Below the pieces are notes generated by a model, which did no database searches, had not been told where the DNA came from, and was given only the letters and a program-made list of their open reading frames with translations. Positions 26,836 through 31,366 of a stretch of 31,366 bases of DNA are shown in pieces; the first letter of the stretch is position 1, and each line of letters opens with the position of its first letter. The position numbers were made by a program, and so were the translations under genes. This stretch comes from Candidatus Hadarchaeales archaeon (lineage in GTDB: Archaea > Hadarchaeota > Hadarchaeia > Hadarchaeales > Hadarchaeaceae), in assembly GCA_038851565.1 (NCBI GenBank), contig JAWCKV010000006.1, positions 1 through 31,366 on the forward strand, given 5' to 3'.

Positions 26836-26908
26836 TGTACCTATTCTGTGACCCTTGGAAAAGGTTTTATGAGCGCCGAATGAATAAGGTTGATTTCGAG
26901 GTGGACAC

Positions 26909-27310
26909 ATGCCGTTCAAGGTCGTGATATCGGATCCCGAATCCGGGAAGAGTTACCAAGTGGAGGTGAGAGACCCGGAGTCCAGGAAGCTGATAGGGCT
27001 CAAGATCGGCGACTCATTCGGCGGAGATCTGGTCGGGCTGCCGGGATACGAGCTTCAGATCACCGGGGGAACAGATCGCGATGGGTTCCCGATGAGGCCG
27101 GACATCGCAGGGACCGGAAGGGTCAGCGTCCTTCTGGCCGGGGGCACGGGTTTCTCCCCCAGAAGGAAGGGAGAACGAAGGAGGAAGAGAGTGAGGGGAT
27201 CCAGGATCTCCGAGGCCATAGTTCAGGTGAACGCTAAAATAGCCAAGAGAGGCGAAAAGCCGGCGGAGGAGTTGCTTGGAGTCAAGGAAAAGAGCGAGGA
27301 GAAGAAGTGA
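26909..27310 (+). CDS. rps6e: 30S ribosomal protein S6e
   Basis: FKVVISDP, ITGGTDRDGFPMR, GERRRKRVRG. Upstream BRE/TATA-like GAAAAGGTTTTAT. Confidence 0.96.
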   Translation: MPFKVVISDPESGKSYQVEVRDPESRKLIGLKIGDSFGGDLVGLPGYELQITGGTDRDGFPMRPDIAGTGRVSVLLAGGTGFSPRRKGERRRKRVRGSRISEAIVQVNAKIAKRGEKPAEELLGVKEKSEEKK

Positions 27311-27361
27311 CCCACACTTGATTTTTAAGAGTTCCGTGCGAAATCTTTCCGTGGTGTCGAG

Positions 27362-28576
27362 ATGCCCCAGGCGTCTGTGAACATAGGCCTTGTGGGTCAC
27401 GTGGACCACGGGAAGACAACCCTCACAGAGGCCCTTTCTGGAGTATGGACGGATGTCCACAGCGAGGAGATACGCAGGGGGATCTCGATAAAGCTTGGGT
27501 ATGCAGACACGTCCTTCATGCAGTGCACACAGTGCGGCAGGTACAGCACAAAGAAAAAATGCCCGTACTGCGGGGAGAAAACGGAGTTCAGGCGCAGGGT
27601 CTCCTTCGTGGATTCACCTGGACACGAGATGCTGATGGCCACCATGCTCTCCGGTGCGGCGCTGATGGACGGGGCCCTTCTCGTGATCGCTGCTAACGAG
27701 CAGTGCCCCCAGCCACAGACCAAGGAGCACCTGATGGCTCTAGACATAGTTGGCGTGGGGAATCTTGTGGTCGTGCAGAACAAGATAGAGCTTGCTCCCA
27801 AGGAGAGGGTGCTGGAGAACTACAGGCAGATAAGGGAGTTCCTGTCGAATACTCCCTACAGGGACGCACCTATCATCCCAGTTTCCGCGATTCACAGGGC
27901 AAACCTGGACAGGCTCATAGAGGCGATAGAGAGACACATTCCGACCCCCAGACGAAATCCGGATGCCCCACCGCTGATGTACGTGGCGCGTTCGTTTGAT
28001 GTCAACCTCCCAGGAACTAGGCCCGAGGAGCTGAAGGGAGGGGTGGTGGGAGGCTCGCTGATGCGTGGAAAGCTATGCGTGGGCGATGAGATAGAGATAA
28101 GGCCCGGGCTCAGGACATCCCAGGAGGGAAGACAGGCGTGGAAGCCGCTGACGTCAAGGATAGTGGGCCTCAGGGCCATGGACAGCCAGCTCAGGGAGGC
28201 CTTTCCGGGAGGGCTGATAGGCGTCGGGACTGTGCTGGATCCTTTTTTCACCAAGGGGGACTCGCTTGTGGGGTCAGTGGTGGGTCACCCCGGTGAGCTT
28301 CCTGAGGTGAGGGATGCCCTTGAGATGGAGATACACCTCATGGAGCGGGTGGTGGGGATGGCAGAGGAGCTGGAGGTGAAGCCGCTTGCTATAGGGGAGC
28401 CACTTGTGGTGAACGTGGGAACCGCTACCACGGTTGGAACGGTGGCGACCGCAAGAAAGGAGCTTACGGTTCTTAGGCTGAAGCATCCAATATGCGCGGA
28501 GGGCGGCGCAAGGGCGGCCATCAGCAGGAGGGTCTCCGGAAGGTGGAGGCTGATCGGGTACGGCGTGATAAAGTGA
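27362..28576 (+). CDS. eif2g: Translation initiation factor aIF2 gamma subunit
   Basis: NIGLVGHVDHGKTT, RGISIKLGYA, Zn ribbon, DSPGHE, PQPQTKEH, RSFDVN, RWRLIGYG. Confidence 0.97.
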   Translation: MPQASVNIGLVGHVDHGKTTLTEALSGVWTDVHSEEIRRGISIKLGYADTSFMQCTQCGRYSTKKKCPYCGEKTEFRRRVSFVDSPGHEMLMATMLSGAALMDGALLVIAANEQCPQPQTKEHLMALDIVGVGNLVVVQNKIELAPKERVLENYRQIREFLSNTPYRDAPIIPVSAIHRANLDRLIEAIERHIPTPRRNPDAPPLMYVARSFDVNLPGTRPEELKGGVVGGSLMRGKLCVGDEIEIRPGLRTSQEGRQAWKPLTSRIVGLRAMDSQLREAFPGGLIGVGTVLDPFFTKGDSLVGSVVGHPGELPEVRDALEMEIHLMERVVGMAEELEVKPLAIGEPLVVNVGTATTVGTVATARKELTVLRLKHPICAEGGARAAISRRVSGRWRLIGYGVIK

Positions 28577-28583
28577 TGAACTG

Positions 28584-28979
28584 ATGAAGATAGTTGTTGA
28601 CACGAGCTTCATAATGGCCCAGGGCCTATACGGGGTGGATTTGGTGGGTGAGCTGGAGAGGGTCGTTGAGGGAAAATTTGAGCTCATAGTGCCTTCCCGG
28701 GTTATAGAGGAGCTGAAGAACCTGGCAGAGAAAGGAAGCCCCAGGGAGAGAGCCGCTGCCAGGATTGGGCTCGACCTCATCTCCGGCGCCAGGGTTGTGG
28801 AGGCCACCGGGTCGACGGATGAGGCGATCTTCAGGATGGCGGTGGAAAATGGGTGGGCGGTCGGCACGAACGATCGCAACCTCAGAATGAGGCTGAGGAG
28901 AGGCGGCATAACTGTCATATACCTGAGGGGGCTTTCACATCTTGAGATGTCAGGAGGACCTCATGCCGACCCTTTATAA
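28584..28979 (+). CDS. PIN domain protein (Fcf1/Utp24-like)
   Basis: IVVDTSF, VIEEL, TD, TNDRNLR. Conserved position after eif2g. Confidence 0.9.
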   Translation: MKIVVDTSFIMAQGLYGVDLVGELERVVEGKFELIVPSRVIEELKNLAEKGSPRERAAARIGLDLISGARVVEATGSTDEAIFRMAVENGWAVGTNDRNLRMRLRRGGITVIYLRGLSHLEMSGGPHADPL

Positions 28980-29023
28980 GGAGAGGTACAAAAGAAAAAG
29001 GATGTAAGTTCGGGGCTGACAGC

Positions 29024-29572
29024 ATGGGATTCAAGATAATAACAGTGGAGGATACGGTGCGGGTCCCCCCAAACAGATTCTCAGAGCCCACGGAGGAGGT
29101 GATACTGGATGTCCTGCGCAAGAACTACGAGGGAGTCACGGACAAGGACGTGGGCGTGATACTTGCGGTAACAGAGCTCAAGGACGTCGGAGTGGGGAGG
29201 GTGATAATGGGTGACGGCGCGAGCTATCACGATGTTGTGTTCGAGGCGCTTGTGTACAAGCCTGAGGTCAATGAGCTCGTCATGGGTGAGGTGGTCGAGA
29301 TAGTGGAGTTCGGGGCCTTCCTGAGGATAGGACCTGTTGATGGGCTCGTGCACGTTTCTCAGGTCATGGACGATTTCGTCGGATACGACAAGAAGAAGGG
29401 CGTGCTCTACGGAAAGGAGTCAAAGAGAACCCTCAAGGAGGGGGACAGGGTCATAGCCAGGATAGTCAGCGTCAGCCTCAGGCGCGGGGCGAAGGGAGAG
29501 AAGATAGGGCTGACGATGCGCCAGCCGGGCCTGGGGAAGCTGGAGTGGCTTGAGGAGAAAAAGGAGGGTTAG
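29024..29572 (+). CDS. rpoE1: DNA-directed RNA polymerase subunit E' (Rpo7)
   Basis: DTVRVPP, GDG, FGAFLRIGPVDGLVHVSQ, IGLTMRQPGLGKLEW. Confidence 0.97.
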   Translation: MGFKIITVEDTVRVPPNRFSEPTEEVILDVLRKNYEGVTDKDVGVILAVTELKDVGVGRVIMGDGASYHDVVFEALVYKPEVNELVMGEVVEIVEFGAFLRIGPVDGLVHVSQVMDDFVGYDKKKGVLYGKESKRTLKEGDRVIARIVSVSLRRGAKGEKIGLTMRQPGLGKLEWLEEKKEG

Positions 29573-29575
29573 GCG

Positions 29576-29761
29576 GTGACCGAAAAGGTGTGCAGGAAAT
29601 GCAAGCTGGTGACCGATGAGAAGACCTGCCCAAACTGCGGCGGAAGCTCATTTTCGACCGACTGGACCGGCTATGTGGTCATACTGGATCCATCCGGTTC
29701 TGAGATCGCCCAGAGGCTCGGAGTGTCAAAACCGGGAAGGTACGCCTTGAAGGTAAGATGA
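29576..29761 (+). CDS. spt4: Transcription elongation factor Spt4 (RpoE'')
   Basis: CRKC...CPNCG, WTGYVVILDP, SEIA, PGRYALKVR. Confidence 0.96.
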   Translation: MTEKVCRKCKLVTDEKTCPNCGGSSFSTDWTGYVVILDPSGSEIAQRLGVSKPGRYALKVR

Positions 29762-29791
29762 CCCTGATCTTAACCCTGGGAAGGCGAACGC

Positions 29792-30310
29792 ATGGAAAGG
29801 GACGAGGTGATCAGGGCCCTTCGTGAAGCGGGATGCTCAAGGGAGGTCGTGGCGCACTGTCTGGCGGTCGAGAGAGTTGCCGTGAAGCTTGCCGAAGAAA
29901 TAGCAGCCAGGGGTCACAGGGTGAACAGGAGGCTGGTGAGCCTCGGCGCGCTTGCCCACGATATAGGGCGCTCCCAGACGCACGGGATAGAGCACGGTGT
30001 CAGGGGTGCGGAAATTCTGAGGAGGATGGGGATGGATGAGCTCTCGCGCTTCGCGGAGAGGCACATCGGCGCAGGGATACCAGCTGATGAGGCGGGGACT
30101 CTCGGCCTCCCAAAAAGGGATTTCGTGCCCAATACGGTTGAGGAGAAGATCGTGGCATACGCTGACAAGCTTGTCGACGGGAGGAGGATAATCCCCTACG
30201 ACAGGGCTCTTGAGAGGTTCAGGATGGAGTTCGGCCCCACCCATCCCGCGGTTGGCCGTCTGGAGCAACTCCATGCGGATATCGAGAGGCTGCGCTCCGG
30301 CTCATCTTAG
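29792..30310 (+). CDS. HD(IG) domain metal-dependent phosphohydrolase (TIGR00295-like)
   Basis: HC, HDIGR, HGVRG, RHIGAG, EEKIVAYAD. Confidence 0.9.
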   Translation: MERDEVIRALREAGCSREVVAHCLAVERVAVKLAEEIAARGHRVNRRLVSLGALAHDIGRSQTHGIEHGVRGAEILRRMGMDELSRFAERHIGAGIPADEAGTLGLPKRDFVPNTVEEKIVAYADKLVDGRRIIPYDRALERFRMEFGPTHPAVGRLEQLHADIERLRSGSS

Positions 30311-30895
30311 CCTCGGGATGGTTTCCATCACAAAAATTTCGTCAGCGTGAGCGCTCACGTTGTCACATACGAGCTGGCCGCCGGCCCAAAGTTGGTTTCT
30401 GAAGGTCGAGGCTGATGCCTTCATCCTTATCCTGAACTCATTTTCGGCCCTCCAGACCACAACCACAACGTCGTTGAAGTCCGGATTCCACCTCTCACCG
30501 TTCTCCCACCTCAATTCGTAGTGGTAGTCCTCGAAGTAGTACGCCCACATGTTGGGGGTGAGTGGCTTTATCCTGCACCACGCTTCGTCGTCCGCCGCGG
30601 TTTCGTCCACGAACCCGGTTTTCTCAGGATTGAAGTCATATGATTTTACGCTCACGTCATATATCTGAACGTTTTCAGGAGTGGGCGGCAGGATGCCGGG
30701 GTCTATATCATCAGGGTGCTTGAAGTCCACGGTCACCGGCTCGTATAAGAAGAATAGCGCCTCCTCGATGGCATTTTCGTGGTTGTCCTCGATGGGATGG
30801 TTCTCCTCGGGCGGCTTTCCCCAGGCGCTCAGCAGTATTGCCGAGATAACGGCGATTGCGATGATGACGGGGGCGAAGATCAGGCGCTTTTTCAT
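30302..30895 (-). CDS. Secreted or membrane-anchored acidic protein with DUF4114-like motif
   Basis: MKKR plus hydrophobic N-terminal segment. FED...DFNDVVVVV motif. Start is ATG 30895 or GTG 30898. Confidence 0.7.
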   Translation of the reverse strand: MKKRLIFAPVIIAIAVISAILLSAWGKPPEENHPIEDNHENAIEEALFFLYEPVTVDFKHPDDIDPGILPPTPENVQIYDVSVKSYDFNPEKTGFVDETAADDEAWCRIKPLTPNMWAYYFEDYHYELRWENGERWNPDFNDVVVVVWRAENEFRIRMKASASTFRNQLWAGGQLVCDNVSAHADEIFVMETIPRLR

Positions 30896-30947
30896 CACAT
30901 CATTCTACGATCGGCCGTTATTTAATCAATCCCCCATGAAACGGAGC

Positions 30948-31023
30948 TGGTGGGCCCGGAGGGAGTCGAACCCTCGGTCTTCACCTTGTAAGGGTGACGT
31001 CTTGACCGCTCGACTACGGGCCC
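30948..31023 (-). tRNA. tRNA-Val(TAC)
   Basis: Reverse complement GGGCCCG...TCACC-CT-TAC-AA-GGTGA...GGTTCGACTC...CGGGCCC-A-CCA, 76 nt. TTTAAG about 25 nt upstream. Confidence 0.96.
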
Positions 31024-31067
31024 GCTTGAAACTCAGCAACCGGCCTTAAACTGGTTCCGATTTGAGA

Positions 31068-31366
31068 TCACAGTCCCTGCAGCACCATGAGAACCTCGAG
31101 CACCACAAGGGAGATTATGAGTAGTATGACGAGGAACTCAAGGCTTGTTGCCCTGTGCACATCAACGCGCTCCATGGCCATGGCGTACAGCTCCTGCAGC
31201 TGGTCGAGCTTCTTGTCTACCAGAACAAGCCAGTCCCCTATCCTGAACCTCTCGCTCGCGATCCTGTAGAGCTTGCCCAGATACCATTCACCCGTGAACT
31301 TCAGGATGTTCCTCAGATCCCCCACGTAGTCCATGACCTCTATCCTGAGCTCTGCCAGATCGCTTG
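31068..31366 (-). CDS. C-terminal part of a membrane protein, RMD1/DUF155-like; begins outside the window
   Basis: WYLGKLY...F...W...KL..L...Y coiled segment, then R...LEFLVILLI transmembrane helix. Frame stays open to the window edge. Confidence 0.55.
   Translation of the reverse strand, partial: SDLAELRIEVMDYVGDLRNILKFTGEWYLGKLYRIASERFRIGDWLVLVDKKLDQLQELYAMAMERVDVHRATSLEFLVILLIISLVVLEVLMVLQGL

Noticed and set aside
30302..31023. Integrated element at tRNA-Val or tRNA-Trp
   Set aside because: No duplicated tRNA 3' end and no integrase found by eye.
861..31269. Numerous antisense or alternate-frame ORFs of 60-334 aa in the ORF track (e.g. 18510-19514, 7345-8082, 17390-18058)
   Set aside because: They shadow well-supported genes, have no recognisable motifs, and are expected in GC-rich DNA.
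1..31366. CRISPR array, rRNA, IS transposase
   Set aside because: No regularly spaced repeats, rRNA-like tract or transposase motifs seen. Intergenic gaps are too short.

Overview
Archaeal chromosomal segment, GC-rich with AGG/ATA-biased codons. Gene content is euryarchaeal-type (PolD, intron-containing tRNA-Trp); a Hadarchaeota-like lineage is a guess only. Most of the window is housekeeping: HAD phosphatase, PolD large subunit DP2 with a 470-aa LAGLIDADG intein ending in Lys-Gln, three tRNAs (Ser-CGA, Trp-CCA with a 53-nt C/D-type intron, Val-TAC), the eno-rps2-MEMO1-ipk-fni-rnj-idsA-gltX cluster, and the rpl7ae-rps28e-rpl24e-ndk-infB-rps6e-eif2g-PIN-rpoE'-spt4 cluster. The best candidate for an undescribed system is a free-standing LAGLIDADG + winged-helix ORF that overlaps the start of infB (aIF5B). 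It is bounded by a 10-bp direct repeat containing the infB ATG. The adjacent 5' ~1.4 kb of infB has foreign-looking Arg codon usage and an altered G1 motif (GQVDAGKT) at the site where other archaea carry an intein, which suggests intron-less homing with allele replacement of an essential gene. Other accessory features: a wHTH-MNT/HEPN islet between tRNA-Ser and a decayed copy of its 3' end, with tandem palindromic operators; two small ORFs missed by the ORF track; mvk absent from the isoprenoid cluster; and a membrane H+-PPase inside the translation cluster. All family assignments come from motif recognition by eye, with no database searches.
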